IMG/VR virus record: IMGVR_UViG_3300046167_000724
DNA from: a virus
Taxonomy: Duplodnaviria; Caudoviricetes
Reading direction: 5' to 3' (one strand)
Length of the DNA: 64,000 nt
A program made the position numbers and the translations under genes. Of this stretch, positions 1 to 11,042 are shown piece by piece; positions within the stretch are counted from its first letter, which is position 1; each line of letters starts with the position of its first letter. A model generated the notes under the pieces. It saw only the letters and a list, made by a program, of their open reading frames with translations, made no database searches and was not told the DNA's origin.

Positions 1-122
1 ACAAAAGTCGCTTGTGACTTTTTGATAAAGATTCAAATGAAATGCCATGCTTACCACGAACACCAGTCTTGTAAACAATATGTGGATACTTCTTAGCTTG
101 TGCCATATATTATATTTATCTT

Positions 123-151
123 TGAAACTAAATGCAATTATTTCATATAAT
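123..151 (+). promoter_or_regulatory. Class II promoter motif TGAAAC-N17-TATAAT upstream of clamp loader
   Basis: TGAAAC 123-128 and TATAAT 146-151; same architecture at 15839, 16138, 16595, 17449, 43645, 49450, 56066, 57973, 61349. Confidence 0.7.
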
Positions 152-171
152 AATTGTAAAAATATATATAG

Positions 172-1128
172 ATGAGTTCAATAAATCAACTTTTCACCGA
201 GAAATACCGCCCAAAGAATTTAGATAGCCTAATTCTTCCAGAACGTGTAATGAAGAAATTCATGAACGGTGTTCAACAAAACATGCTATTTGCGGGTTCA
301 CCTGGTACGGGTAAAACATCAACGGCCAAAGCATTAGTAAATCAATACGATTTACCATATCTTTACATAAATGCGTCAACAGATACTTCGGTTGATGTGA
401 TTCGTACAAGGATTACAGACTTTTGTTCAACAATGTCTATCTTAGATGATCGGGATAAGTTTAAGGTTGTTATACTTGATGAGATTGACGGTGTATCTGA
501 TCAATTCTTTAAAGCACTTCGTGCAACTATGGAGACGTTTGCATCTAATTCAAGATTTATTGCAACTTGTAATTATATTAATAAGTTACCAGACCCTATT
601 CTTTCACGCTTTGAAGTATTGAATTTTGACTTTGATAAAGATGAAGAGTCTGAATTAACTAAAAAGTATATCAAGCGTGTTTATGATATTACTGGAAGTG
701 AGGGAATGACCATTGAAAAACCGGCACTTGTTGAGTTTGTTCGTCGTAACTTCCCAGACCTTCGTACAACGCTTAACAAGCTACAGGGTTACAAAGCACA
801 GGGTACTGACAACATTACAGTTGATGATGTTAAGCGATTTAATTCAGTCTACAAAGATGTATTTGAATTGATATTTAATGAAACAGACCCCGCTAAAAAC
901 TACAAGTTATTAGTTTCTGAATATGCAAATAGAGTAGACGACGTGTTACAAACACTTGGTCAAGAGTTTATTGAGTATATTCAAGCTGAAAAATCTAATG
1001 CTGTTAGATTTATACCGCAGATTATTATTACAGTTGCAGAACATCAAGCTCAACGCAACCAGGTGATTGATCCTGTGATTACAATGTTATCTTGTATTTA
1101 TAAAATACAGACAATAGTTATACAATAA
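172..1128 (+). CDS. Sliding-clamp loader AAA+ subunit (T4 gp44/RFC-like)
   Basis: EKYRPK motif, Walker A GSPGTGKT, Walker B VILDEID, sensor RFIATCN and SRF motif. Confidence 0.95.
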   Translation: MSSINQLFTEKYRPKNLDSLILPERVMKKFMNGVQQNMLFAGSPGTGKTSTAKALVNQYDLPYLYINASTDTSVDVIRTRITDFCSTMSILDDRDKFKVVILDEIDGVSDQFFKALRATMETFASNSRFIATCNYINKLPDPILSRFEVLNFDFDKDEESELTKKYIKRVYDITGSEGMTIEKPALVEFVRRNFPDLRTTLNKLQGYKAQGTDNITVDDVKRFNSVYKDVFELIFNETDPAKNYKLLVSEYANRVDDVLQTLGQEFIEYIQAEKSNAVRFIPQIIITVAEHQAQRNQVIDPVITMLSCIYKIQTIVIQ

Positions 1129-1130
1129 TT

Positions 1131-1160
1131 TTTATTTGTCACTTTTTTTGCCTATATTAG
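1131..1160 (+). promoter_or_regulatory. Class I promoter-like motif (TTT..TGTC-N6-TTTGCCTATATT)
   Basis: Intergenic; closer copies at 19866, 51818, 52216, 60061, 60686, 61505. Confidence 0.55.
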
Positions 1161-1182
1161 TGACATACAAAAGACATATATT

Positions 1183-2418
1183 ATGAAATTAGGAAAGCAC
1201 ACATTAATGATTGACGGTAACTACTTTGTATATAGTAGGTTATATGTCATGCCACGTAGAAGTGGTAAACAACTTCTTGAGACTGAAAAAGACCAAGGTC
1301 AATTCATGCGTAAGCTTTGTATTGATTTCGCATCTGAAATGCGCAAGATGAAAGATTTTGTAGATGAGGTCGTTATTGCGGTTGATTCTAAATCTTGGCG
1401 TAAAGACTTTTATCCAGAAGCTGAATATAAAGGTACACGTAAAACAGATGAGACTGTTAACTGGGCTGCCGTGTATCGCATATACGACGAGTTTAGAGCA
1501 CTCTTGGCTAAAAGTGGTGTAGTTATACAGCAAACACCAGGCGCTGAGGCAGATGACATTCTATTTGCTCGTGCGACCGAGTTAAATAATCAAGGTAAAA
1601 ACTGTATTGTATGGACTGGTGACCGTGACCTTATTCAGCTTGTTGATTACACACAAGCGACTGATGGTTATACACTTTGGTATTACAACACAAAGCGTAA
1701 TCTATTAACATTTGAAGGTTTCAACGATTTACTTGAAACATCTACAAGTGAACAATTATCTAATGATGAATTACTGTTTAACTTAAACAATGACGATATT
1801 CATTCTGATGGTATTAAATCTAAAATCAAAGCTTGGATTAAAAGCAACAAAGTTAACATTCAAGAAATTGATTCTCGCGCATTTATCTTTAAAAAGATTC
1901 TTATAGGTGATAAGTCTGATAACATTATGTCCGTTGTTACCTATACCAAAACCATGAAGAACGGTAAGGTTCGTACATTCTCAATTACCGACAAGCAAGC
2001 TGATAAAGTATTGGCTCAATACGAAAAAGATTACGGGCGATTTGAAGTTGAGCACCTGTTTATACCTGAATGTATTGACAGAATGTCTGACGTTATTTAC
2101 CGTGTAATTGGTAACGCTGAATTAGCAATTATTAAAAATGTATTGAAGCTAAACATCCAGCTAATGTTGTTACACGTTAGAACTATTCCGGAGCCAATTA
2201 TGGAAGCCATGTATAATGATATAGAGGTAAACAATCCAGACTTAAACGTATATAATATTACACAGATGGAACGTATTCTTGAAGGTACGCCTTGGACTAA
2301 AAAAGCGGGTGAAAGTGTTCCAGATAATTTAGATCCATTCAGCGGATTAAAACTTGTAGACGACCCAACTAAAAAAGAAGAAGAACCTAAAACTAAAAGC
2401 CTTAACAATTTATTCTAA
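1183..2418 (+). CDS. 5'-3' exonuclease / T4-type RNase H (FEN/PIN fold)
   Basis: LMIDGN, WRKDFYP..YKGTRK, GAEADD, TGDRDLIQL and GDKSDNI motifs. Confidence 0.9.
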   Translation: MKLGKHTLMIDGNYFVYSRLYVMPRRSGKQLLETEKDQGQFMRKLCIDFASEMRKMKDFVDEVVIAVDSKSWRKDFYPEAEYKGTRKTDETVNWAAVYRIYDEFRALLAKSGVVIQQTPGAEADDILFARATELNNQGKNCIVWTGDRDLIQLVDYTQATDGYTLWYYNTKRNLLTFEGFNDLLETSTSEQLSNDELLFNLNNDDIHSDGIKSKIKAWIKSNKVNIQEIDSRAFIFKKILIGDKSDNIMSVVTYTKTMKNGKVRTFSITDKQADKVLAQYEKDYGRFEVEHLFIPECIDRMSDVIYRVIGNAELAIIKNVLKLNIQLMLLHVRTIPEPIMEAMYNDIEVNNPDLNVYNITQMERILEGTPWTKKAGESVPDNLDPFSGLKLVDDPTKKEEEPKTKSLNNLF

Positions 2419-2846
2419 TGCTTGACGAAACCAAACTATTTGACTTCATAAAAATTATGTTTACAAAGCCTAAACAATATAAGGCTATTAAACAACATAA
2501 TAAGAAGCGTCATTTCTTTATGATAAATAGGTTTTTTGCAATAAAGTATCCAGACAACGCCAATGCTTTTAATATTAACGGTATTGATGGTTCCTATGTT
2601 GTGGATGCATGGTCAATACTAGCTCGACGTTTTACAAGTGTACCTGGTTGGATTTACACTAAAACTAAAAAAATGCCTAAAGCGGCAATTAATAAAAATC
2701 AATATATACCTAAAGACGAAACTATTGAAGTCTATTTAAAGAAATATGAAATAGGTCGTCGCGAATTTAATGAAATGCAGAAGTTTGCACCAGATGCTTT
2801 AAATACTGAGCTGCAAGCTATTGAAAAAAGTATTCAAGTATATTGA
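2418..2846 (+). CDS. Hypothetical protein, possibly clamp-loader small subunit (gp62-like)
   Basis: Size, position near gp44, and FMINRFF / WIYTK segments reminiscent of gp62 homologs; weak. Confidence 0.4.
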   Translation: MLDETKLFDFIKIMFTKPKQYKAIKQHNKKRHFFMINRFFAIKYPDNANAFNINGIDGSYVVDAWSILARRFTSVPGWIYTKTKKMPKAAINKNQYIPKDETIEVYLKKYEIGRREFNEMQKFAPDALNTELQAIEKSIQVY

Positions 2847-2847
2847 T

Positions 2848-3495
2848 ATGAATCATATTGACACTGCAAGCTTGTGTGATATCATAGATATCACACTATA
2901 TAAATTTAATCATTATGATAATTTGATATGGACAAAGTGTCTTAATCAGGTTGATTATACACAAATTGACGAGGATTCTATACTTGTTACACCATATCAA
3001 TTGCAGATGATGTTAAATTTAAATTTTAAGAGAGACCTAATGAAAATTAGAGCTATCACTTTTGATTTAATTCACACAGACGCAAACTCATTATATTTTT
3101 TAGATAAAATACTTGGAGATTTTACTAGATTAAAATGGATTAAATTAACATTGTCTAAAACTAGAAACTTTTCTAGAACTGTCAAGATTAATGAAAACGC
3201 AACACAAATAAAATATTCATTTAAAATTGTTAAAGCTACATTTAGATTAAATGAAATATTTGAAGACGCTGAATTAAAAAAGATTAATCCAATCTTACAC
3301 AAATATGATTTAATTCCACGAAATAAGCCATATCAACTTCAGCCGGCAGTTAAAATTTTAAACGCTTTAGATGCTGCTTTAAACCATACTTCTGTATCTG
3401 ATAATGATGCGGAGTTGCTGGCAATAATATTAGATGCGCTGAGTTTTAAAATTGAAAATGATAACCCAGATATTTTATTAGTCACAGATTGGTAG
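2848..3495 (+). CDS. Hypothetical protein
   Basis: Open frame; ATG 2848 follows the previous stop and is preferred to the TTG at 2821. Confidence 0.75.
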   Translation: MNHIDTASLCDIIDITLYKFNHYDNLIWTKCLNQVDYTQIDEDSILVTPYQLQMMLNLNFKRDLMKIRAITFDLIHTDANSLYFLDKILGDFTRLKWIKLTLSKTRNFSRTVKINENATQIKYSFKIVKATFRLNEIFEDAELKKINPILHKYDLIPRNKPYQLQPAVKILNALDAALNHTSVSDNDAELLAIILDALSFKIENDNPDILLVTDW

Positions 3496-3502
3496 ATATA
3501 TA
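3495..3502 (+). promoter_or_regulatory. Class III (putative late) promoter GATATATA
   Basis: Exact octamer just upstream of genes at 3495, 5904, 8432, 11016, 13123, 18347, 20981, 21703, 33436, 47060, 62250. Confidence 0.7.
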
Positions 3503-3521
3503 CAAAAAGTATATTTACTAA

Positions 3522-3947
3522 ATGTTGGATTTATTTAAGAATTTTGGTAAAAGAGAGGCTCTAGTTTATATTGTAGTTTTTCTTTGGGTTATTGGTGGTG
3601 TGTATGGTGCTATAAAAGGTGTTGATTTTGTACAATTAGCATCTTATTTTGGCTCATTAACGGCTTATGTCGCAACTTACATATGGGCTGAAACCAAAAA
3701 ACCTTCACAAAAAACAAGCATTCTTAAAAGAGGTAAATCATCTAGGAGGGAAATCATGATATATCTTGTGGTTCTTTTATGGGTGATTGCAGGTGCATTT
3801 GGTATTTATTATATGGCAAATTTAACTAGTTTATCGATTTACTTTATTTCGTTATCTGGTTTTATTGCCTCTTGGATTGCTGGTGAAGTTTATAAACCAC
3901 AAGACGATATTAAAAAAGATATAACTGACGTAGATTACGGTGGTTAA
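3522..3947 (+). CDS. Four-TM membrane protein built from a tandem duplication (holin candidate)
   Basis: Two copies of REx(L/M)xYxVVxLWVIxG...Lx(Y/F)xSLxxxxAxxxxxExxKP, each with two hydrophobic helices. Confidence 0.7.
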   Translation: MLDLFKNFGKREALVYIVVFLWVIGGVYGAIKGVDFVQLASYFGSLTAYVATYIWAETKKPSQKTSILKRGKSSRREIMIYLVVLLWVIAGAFGIYYMANLTSLSIYFISLSGFIASWIAGEVYKPQDDIKKDITDVDYGG

Positions 3948-3956
3948 TATATTATA

Positions 3957-5897
3957 ATGGTTACAGGACAAACTGCAAATGAAATAAGCGATGTAATAAT
4001 CGCTAAATTATTAGAACCGTATAAAAATGCTATTCAGGTAACTGATTTTGCTATATTGGCCGGTGTATCATCGCCAAATACTATTGGTAAAATAAATTTA
4101 ACTGAGGGTAGTACTACTGTTTCCGGGTTTGGTACTAATTTTAACCTTCTGTCTGGTGATTTTATAATTGTAGGTAATACTGTATTAGAGGTTGCTAGTC
4201 AAGTATCACCAATACACATTGAATTAGTTAACCCATCACCATTTACTTTAGGTCAAGCAATGTTTATGTTAGATGTTGACCAGTACAATGATTTTACATA
4301 TCAATATAGATGGTCTAATAACGGTGAAGAGTATGCTGAATTTAAACCATTAAATAGAGATAGTAATCCAGGTGACCTGTTTGCATTAACATTTGATGGG
4401 ACATTAGACCTTTATTTAGATTTAAGATGTGAGGTTGATAAACTTTCATCGGGTCATTCTATAAGTATCATTGATGTTACATTTACGGTGCTTGATGATT
4501 CCGGAGTTATTGAGGCTTGTCCACAATACTGTATTGATTGTGAGGACCCGTATAGTTATTCAGGTTGTGCAAATATAAAGGTTGAATGTGAAACATCTGA
4601 AAATCATTTTAAGCCTTATCAATTAGGTAAGAGTAATAAGTTATATAATCAGCTTGTTGAAATTACAAGTGATATTTTCGGCCATGCTGTAAGGTATTAT
4701 AGAACTGAACCAGATACAAGAACTAAAGATGTTATTTTTATGGAATATTCTTTATTTTCTGTTGCTGCGTCTGGTGATTTAAAAGTTTCTGTACCTGGTA
4801 ATGAATTCCCAACTGAAGCATTACAGTACGATATGTTTGGTATGGGCTTTGAAGATTTTGAGATTCATATTACAGATTACCAATTTGAAAAAACATTTGG
4901 TATTGGTCATAGACCAAGAGTTAAGGATTATCTTTTCCTACCGATTAACAATAAAATGTATGAAATAAAGTCTGTTACTTTAGCGGACGAATTTAATGTA
5001 CAACACACATACTGGAGAGTAATGCTCGGTAAGTATCAAGAAAGGTCTGCTATTGAAAAATCACCAGTTATTGAAGCTGAACTTGAAAATTTAGTGGTTG
5101 GTGTTGAAGATATTTTTGGAGCTGAAATACAAGACGAGTACGTTAAAGCAACGGACCCACAACAACTGTCAACTGTAATTCACAATTGGGATGATGGTGT
5201 TCGTGTAACAGCTGACTCTAGATTAAAAATTGTTGACTTTGACCTTAAAAATAGATGGACTATTGTTTCTAAAAACTATTACAACCTATCGACAGTATCA
5301 ACAAATGATACAGCTATTGATTATGCATTACAGGCAAAACAATCCATTGACGATAATTTAGCATTTACAACATGGTTCTCACCAGGTTTTGACACAACTG
5401 ATACATCACACTATCAAATATTAAACGGCGACCAATTTGGCGAAGGTCTTAATATTAAAATATCTTCAAACAATTTAGAGATTACAATTAACGGGCAATC
5501 ACACTTGTTCTTACATAATATGATTTTAAGTTCTACTGAATGGTACGGTTTAGTTGTTAATATGTCAAATACATTCCGTGAATTGAGTGTGAGTATTTAT
5601 TACCTTGACCAGGCTAATAATAGAAATAGACCACAAGATGCTACTAATAACCTTGAGTTACAATTTAATGAAACAAAATCATTGACTCAAGCATTTATTT
5701 GGGAATTAGACAGACCATACCGATTAAAGGGTGGTTTGCTAAAATTAACAAATTTAAGATTGTGGAAAAAGACTATCGAAGAAGAACAACACCACAATAT
5801 TTTAAACCAATCACTTGTTAGAGATGCTCATTTAGCATTAATGATTGATAACGCAATTCCATCACTTTCTTATCAAAGATACCATAACGCTCGTTAA
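3957..5897 (+). CDS. Neck/head-closure protein (gp14-like core) with N-terminal extension and C-terminal LamG-like domain
   Basis: Core FGHAVRYY...DVIFMEY...FGMGFEDFEIHI...FEKTFG...PRVKDYLFLP..NKMYEI; C-terminal beta-rich WYGLVVN..SVSIY..LTNLRLWKK. Confidence 0.7.
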   Translation: MVTGQTANEISDVIIAKLLEPYKNAIQVTDFAILAGVSSPNTIGKINLTEGSTTVSGFGTNFNLLSGDFIIVGNTVLEVASQVSPIHIELVNPSPFTLGQAMFMLDVDQYNDFTYQYRWSNNGEEYAEFKPLNRDSNPGDLFALTFDGTLDLYLDLRCEVDKLSSGHSISIIDVTFTVLDDSGVIEACPQYCIDCEDPYSYSGCANIKVECETSENHFKPYQLGKSNKLYNQLVEITSDIFGHAVRYYRTEPDTRTKDVIFMEYSLFSVAASGDLKVSVPGNEFPTEALQYDMFGMGFEDFEIHITDYQFEKTFGIGHRPRVKDYLFLPINNKMYEIKSVTLADEFNVQHTYWRVMLGKYQERSAIEKSPVIEAELENLVVGVEDIFGAEIQDEYVKATDPQQLSTVIHNWDDGVRVTADSRLKIVDFDLKNRWTIVSKNYYNLSTVSTNDTAIDYALQAKQSIDDNLAFTTWFSPGFDTTDTSHYQILNGDQFGEGLNIKISSNNLEITINGQSHLFLHNMILSSTEWYGLVVNMSNTFRELSVSIYYLDQANNRNRPQDATNNLELQFNETKSLTQAFIWELDRPYRLKGGLLKLTNLRLWKKTIEEEQHHNILNQSLVRDAHLALMIDNAIPSLSYQRYHNAR

Positions 5898-5937
5898 TAG
5901 TTAGATATATATAATATCATATTAACAGAATATATTT

Positions 5938-6585
5938 ATGGGTGAAGATAAGAAGAATATCCGTTCACAGGCGGATGAGATTAGGAATGAATTAGATAGC
6001 CTTATAGGTGACGATGAGTCAATTGAAGGTATTATTGATATAGATCCAAAACTCCCAACAACGGCGGGCCATTATAAACCATTTGATTATGGTGAGGTAA
6101 AGGGCAAGGCCGATATACAAGCGAAAAAAACTATAACATCATTGATGAAGTTTTATCTGGATGCGGATATTATTGAACATGATGAATACGTTAAAGCTAA
6201 AAAGAAAATGGACGAAATGACAATGAGTTCATTAGTTTACCAGCTTCAAGCCGGTGAGCGTGCATTGACGACTCTTTTACAAACTATTGAAGATGGTGAA
6301 TTAGCACCAAGAATGTTTGAGGTTTTAGCAACGTTACAGAAATCAATGCTTGATATTATTAAGTCGCAGACAATGTATCTAATGGCTACTGAAGAATCAG
6401 TAAAGCGTATTGCACGTGATGCTGATATCTATAAAGAAAAAACAAATAGACAAATTACAACCGATGCCGCAGGTGGCAACAATGATGGTGGTAATGTACA
6501 AAGAGGTACTAGAGACCTCATGTCTAAGATTAGAGCGGGCATCGACAACGATATCGAAGATGTAGAAGCAGAAGACAAAGAATAA
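5938..6585 (+). CDS. Putative terminase small subunit
   Basis: Helical protein directly upstream of and overlapping TerL; ELAPRMFEVLATLQKSMLDI resembles gp16-type helices. Confidence 0.55.
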   Translation: MGEDKKNIRSQADEIRNELDSLIGDDESIEGIIDIDPKLPTTAGHYKPFDYGEVKGKADIQAKKTITSLMKFYLDADIIEHDEYVKAKKKMDEMTMSSLVYQLQAGERALTTLLQTIEDGELAPRMFEVLATLQKSMLDIIKSQTMYLMATEESVKRIARDADIYKEKTNRQITTDAAGGNNDGGNVQRGTRDLMSKIRAGIDNDIEDVEAEDKE

Positions 6586-8411
6586 TGGCAGATTACACTG
6601 GAGACAATGCTTGGATTCCCAAGGAAGAATCCGCAACTGAATCGACAAAGCTAGTATGGTCAACTAAGAAAGTTAACGACCTTATGATTGCGATGGACCA
6701 GGGTTACCGTCCAAAGATTGCATTACCATTTTATGAAGGTAAGCAATTTTTGAAGAAGGGTAATATTGTGTTTGAGTACACTGATGAAGAAATTGAAGAA
6801 TTGGCTAAATGTGCTAATGATATAGTTTACTTTGCAGAAAAGTATGCTGTTGTAATGACTGATGAAGGTATTATGCAGGTAAAACTTCGTGATTATCAAA
6901 AGGAATTACTTAGAGATTTTCAGCATAATAGATTTAATATTGTGTTAGCTTCTCGACAAATGGGTAAAACAGTTACGGCATCAATCTTTAACGCTTGGTA
7001 TTTAGTGTTTAACTTTGATAAGACTACATTACTTTTAGCTAACAAGTCAGATTCTACTAAAGAGATTATTGACAAGGCTAAGGTTGTAATGGAAAATTTA
7101 CCATTTTATATGAAGCCCGGTGTCATTAAGTATGATGTCATGAATGTGAAATGTGATAACGGTTGTCGTTTAGTTGGTCAATCAACTACTGCAAAGTCAG
7201 GTATTGGTTTTACTATTCACAACTTGTATCTTGATGAGTTTGCCCACGTACACAGTTCTATTGTTGATACATTTTACGAGAACGTTTATCCGACACTATC
7301 AGCGTCTAAGGTCTCACGTATCAACATAACTTCAACCCCGAATGGGTTTAACAAGTTCTATGAGATTTATTCAGGAGCGGACAAGGGTGAAAATGCGTAT
7401 AAGCCAACACGTATTGATTGGTGGCAGCATCCTGATAGAGATGAAGCTTGGTACGAAAGAGAATTAGGTAACTTAGGTTCTGAAGATGCATTTAACAGGC
7501 AATATGGTAATGAGTTTGTAAGTTCATCAAATTTACTATTTAGTCCAGGTACTCTTAAAAATTTACGTAAAGGTATAAAAGAATACCAACCTTATGATTT
7601 AGAAGAGTTTGAAAACATTCATATGGATATGCAGGACTATTTAAAATGGAGCCCAAACTTTGATCCAGAAGAAGCTGGTGAAGATGGTAGGTACTTTACT
7701 TTTTCTGTAGATATTGCAGAGGGTAACGGTGGAGACTATTCAGTTATCAATATGTTTGAGATTGTGCCGATGGATGAAAATCATATGGATCTTTTACAGA
7801 ACCCAGGTGCCATGTATGACTTTTTTAAGTTAAAGCAAATAGGTGTCTTTAGGTCAAATGAACACGTTATTGAAGACTTTGCTAAAATTCTTTATACATT
7901 ATCTGTAGATATTTTTAATTCAGAAAATGTTAAACTTATTATAGAGTACAATACATATGGGTCTATTCTTATAAAGTACCTACAAACATCATTCCCAAGA
8001 AGAAATGATTTTGATGAAGAAATGATAGTTAGGTTCAAGCACCGTCACGATGCAAGAACTCTTAAACCGGGGGTTAGAGTTAAATCTGATAACAAACCCG
8101 TTATGTGTCAAAATTTAAAAAAGCTAGCTGAACAAAATAGAATATTTTTTGATGAGAAAAATACAGTTGATGAGGCTTCAATGTTTGGTGTGATGCGAAA
8201 CGGTTCATATGGCGGTCAACATGGTAACGATGATGTTGTAATGACATGTGTTACAATGTCTGAATTTTTTGGCACTACAGATTATGCTGATATGGTTGAA
8301 GAATTATTAGACGTTATAGACGAAAGCTTACATAATAAAATGGAATCTGTTTTATATAAAGATTTTGAAGGAGATGGAGATTTACAATATGATATTTATG
8401 ATTTATTGTAG
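6585..8411 (+). CDS. Terminase large subunit (T4 gp17-like)
   Basis: LRDYQ, ASRQMGKT (Walker A), LYLDEFAH (Walker B), ITSTPNGFN, nuclease VDIAEGNGGDYS and HGNDDVVM. Confidence 0.97.
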   Translation: MADYTGDNAWIPKEESATESTKLVWSTKKVNDLMIAMDQGYRPKIALPFYEGKQFLKKGNIVFEYTDEEIEELAKCANDIVYFAEKYAVVMTDEGIMQVKLRDYQKELLRDFQHNRFNIVLASRQMGKTVTASIFNAWYLVFNFDKTTLLLANKSDSTKEIIDKAKVVMENLPFYMKPGVIKYDVMNVKCDNGCRLVGQSTTAKSGIGFTIHNLYLDEFAHVHSSIVDTFYENVYPTLSASKVSRINITSTPNGFNKFYEIYSGADKGENAYKPTRIDWWQHPDRDEAWYERELGNLGSEDAFNRQYGNEFVSSSNLLFSPGTLKNLRKGIKEYQPYDLEEFENIHMDMQDYLKWSPNFDPEEAGEDGRYFTFSVDIAEGNGGDYSVINMFEIVPMDENHMDLLQNPGAMYDFFKLKQIGVFRSNEHVIEDFAKILYTLSVDIFNSENVKLIIEYNTYGSILIKYLQTSFPRRNDFDEEMIVRFKHRHDARTLKPGVRVKSDNKPVMCQNLKKLAEQNRIFFDEKNTVDEASMFGVMRNGSYGGQHGNDDVVMTCVTMSEFFGTTDYADMVEELLDVIDESLHNKMESVLYKDFEGDGDLQYDIYDLL

Positions 8412-8431
8412 CAACCTTCAAAAATTATAGA

Positions 8432-8439
8432 GATATATA
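8432..8439 (+). promoter_or_regulatory. Class III promoter GATATATA upstream of tail sheath
   Basis: Exact octamer about 30 nt upstream of ATG 8469. Confidence 0.7.
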
Positions 8440-8468
8440 CATAAATAAAAAAAATATAGTTTAACATC

Positions 8469-11010
8469 ATGGCACTAAGTCCACAACTATTACAATTTAA
8501 AAGTTCAGGTGTTTACAGACTGGAATTTGATAAGTCACAAACTTCAAATATCCCAGCTGATAGAATTAGACTGGTAGTAGGTCACTCTAGAAAGGGTCCT
8601 TACAATACGCCAACGCTAATCAGCACTACAGAGCAATTTATTGCGGTTTTCGGTTCAATCGACAAAAACCTAGAAAAAAAGGGGATGTTCTTCCACAGAT
8701 CAGCACTTGCTGCTTTAACAAGAGGTCCAATCCTAGCATTAAACGCAGCTACATTAGACAGCAATGATACAATTTCATATGTTGCTCCAGTTTCAAACGG
8801 TACGGTAAGTACTTCTGAGCTAGATGGTAGCAGTGCGTATTACAACTACTTCAACACTGAAAAGTTCTGGTCACCTTCTGACGAGGCACTTAATGATGTT
8901 GTAGGTAATTCAGCAAATAACATTTTAAGATTTGCTAACATTAAACAAGATAACGTAACAGTTATCGTTAGAAAAGCAAAAGACGTATCATCATTTGACA
9001 TTCTCGCAAGAGACTGGTACGGTGAAGGTAATGTACCTTCGTACTTAAACGCTTTTGATTACATGTCAGATTTTATGGTTGACGTATTTGTATTTAAAGG
9101 TGACTTTAATGCAGCTGCAATGTCAACTGACCCAGTTTACGGTGAATATTTCACTACGGCTGGTTTAAAAATTGACAAATTAGATGAGTTTGTAAACTTA
9201 AGACAAGTATCTCTACTTGCTAAGTATACTGGTTCATTATTACCAAATTTTGTTGACAAAGAAGGTAATGCACTTTACATTGAAACGACTATCAATTCAG
9301 AAGCTAGAAGAACAGGTTTATTCTGTGCGGTTAATGAAGATGCAGTTATTGATGAAACAGGTACTAAAGTTGACTTAGTAGGTCACATAAACAGTGCTGG
9401 TGTTTCTTATGATTCAATGTCATATTCACTTGGCGCTGACGCAAGAGCAATTACACTTGACCCTGCTTTAGTTTATGCTAAAACTTCTGGAGCATTTGTA
9501 ACTTATACAGCTTCTCCAACAACAACAACAATTTACACGCCAACTTCAGTTGCTTTAGCACCTACTGATACTGCAGCGGTTGTGGATGACACAATAACAT
9601 TCACGGGTTTTGATCCAGTAGCTGAAGGAATCACAACAGCTGATTTTTTACTTGATGCTGCTGGTACTGGTTATGTTGCTGTAAGTTCGGTAACTGCAAC
9701 TACAATCGTAGCTGTCGCTGATGTCAACGTCGCCGCTTATACAAGAGCTGCAGGTGGTAATATCGATACGTATACTTCAAGTGTAGTATCTACGCCAGCT
9801 GCAAATCTAGCATTAGAAGCGGGTCAATACATTATTGCTGAAGAGCCAAATAGAATGGTTAAAGTTATTAGAATAGCTAAATCTACTGTAGGTTCTGATA
9901 TTGTATATAAAGTGTATACTTCAGCTGAAGCGGCTACAGTTACAGATATGAAAGGTTACAAGTCTTTTGAAGCTTCAACAGACTATTACGTGACATTCCC
10001 AATCAACGGTGCTGTAATCATAGACAAGCCAAACCCAATTCAATCTGCACTAGATGCGGTAACATTAGGTTCTGGTTTAGCAAATGCTCTTATTGATAAA
10101 GATAATATTTCTTTCAGATATGTTGTTGATACATTTGCATCTTTAGATGGTACAACTCTTTTAAACAAAGTACAACTATCAGCACTTGCTAAAGCAAGAC
10201 AAAATGCATCTGCAATCTTAAACGCACCATCAATTGCTGAGTTTAAGAAATCAACAGACCCATCGTTTACTGATGGATTTGGCGCATTTAGCGTTGAATA
10301 TATTGCAACAGGCGGTAATTTAGATAAGAACCCAACCTGCACTATATGCTTTACCAAGCATTAATGACGGTGCAAACTATGCGTTCTACTATACTTCACT
10401 AGTTGTAAGAGAAAACAACAAAGATTTCGTTATGCCATCAGCAGCTTACGTATCTAACAACTTTATTGACAAGTACACTGACTCATCTCCATGGGCTATT
10501 GTTGCTGGTCCAAGAAGAGGTTCAATCTCAGGTTCTGGTATTGTTGGTGCTGAATACGCATTTGACAGGTCGGATAGAGATGTACTTGAGCCATTTGGAA
10601 TCAATCCTATTGTATTCCAAAGAGGTGCGGGTCTAACAATTTTAGGTAATAAAACAGCACAACAGTCTGTACAATCAGCGCTTTCTTCAGCTCACGTTAG
10701 AGAAGTTCTTATTTACATTCAAGACGGTCTTGCTGCAATCCTAAAAGATTATGTGTTTGAATTCAATACACCACAAACTAGATTAGAAATCAAAACTCTA
10801 GCAGATTCATTTATGGAATCAGTTAAAGCTGAGACTGGTGTGTACGATTTCAAAAACGTAATTGACACAACAAACAATACGAACGAAGTAATAGACGCAA
10901 ACATTGGTATCCTAGATACTTTTGTTGAGCCGGTTAAAGGTTTAGAAATAGTTGTTCAAAGAACAACAGTTTTAAACACTGGTGAAATTGCATCTGGTAA
11001 CTTCAATTAA
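8469..11010 (+). CDS. Contractile tail sheath protein (gp18-like), split by a +1 frameshift at ~10336
   Basis: N-terminal SSGVYRLEFD..LVVGHSRKGPYNTP; C-terminal PSAAYVS..PWAIVAGPRRG..GINPIV..GNKT..HVREVL..YVFEFN; deleting one base at ~10336 joins the two ORFs into 846 aa. Confidence 0.92.
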
Positions 11011-11042
11011 TATAGGATATATAAAAAAAGATTAAAGAAGAT

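Noticed and set aside
1-96. 3' end of an upstream gene
   Set aside because: Only 31 open codons with no recognisable motif; cannot be supported
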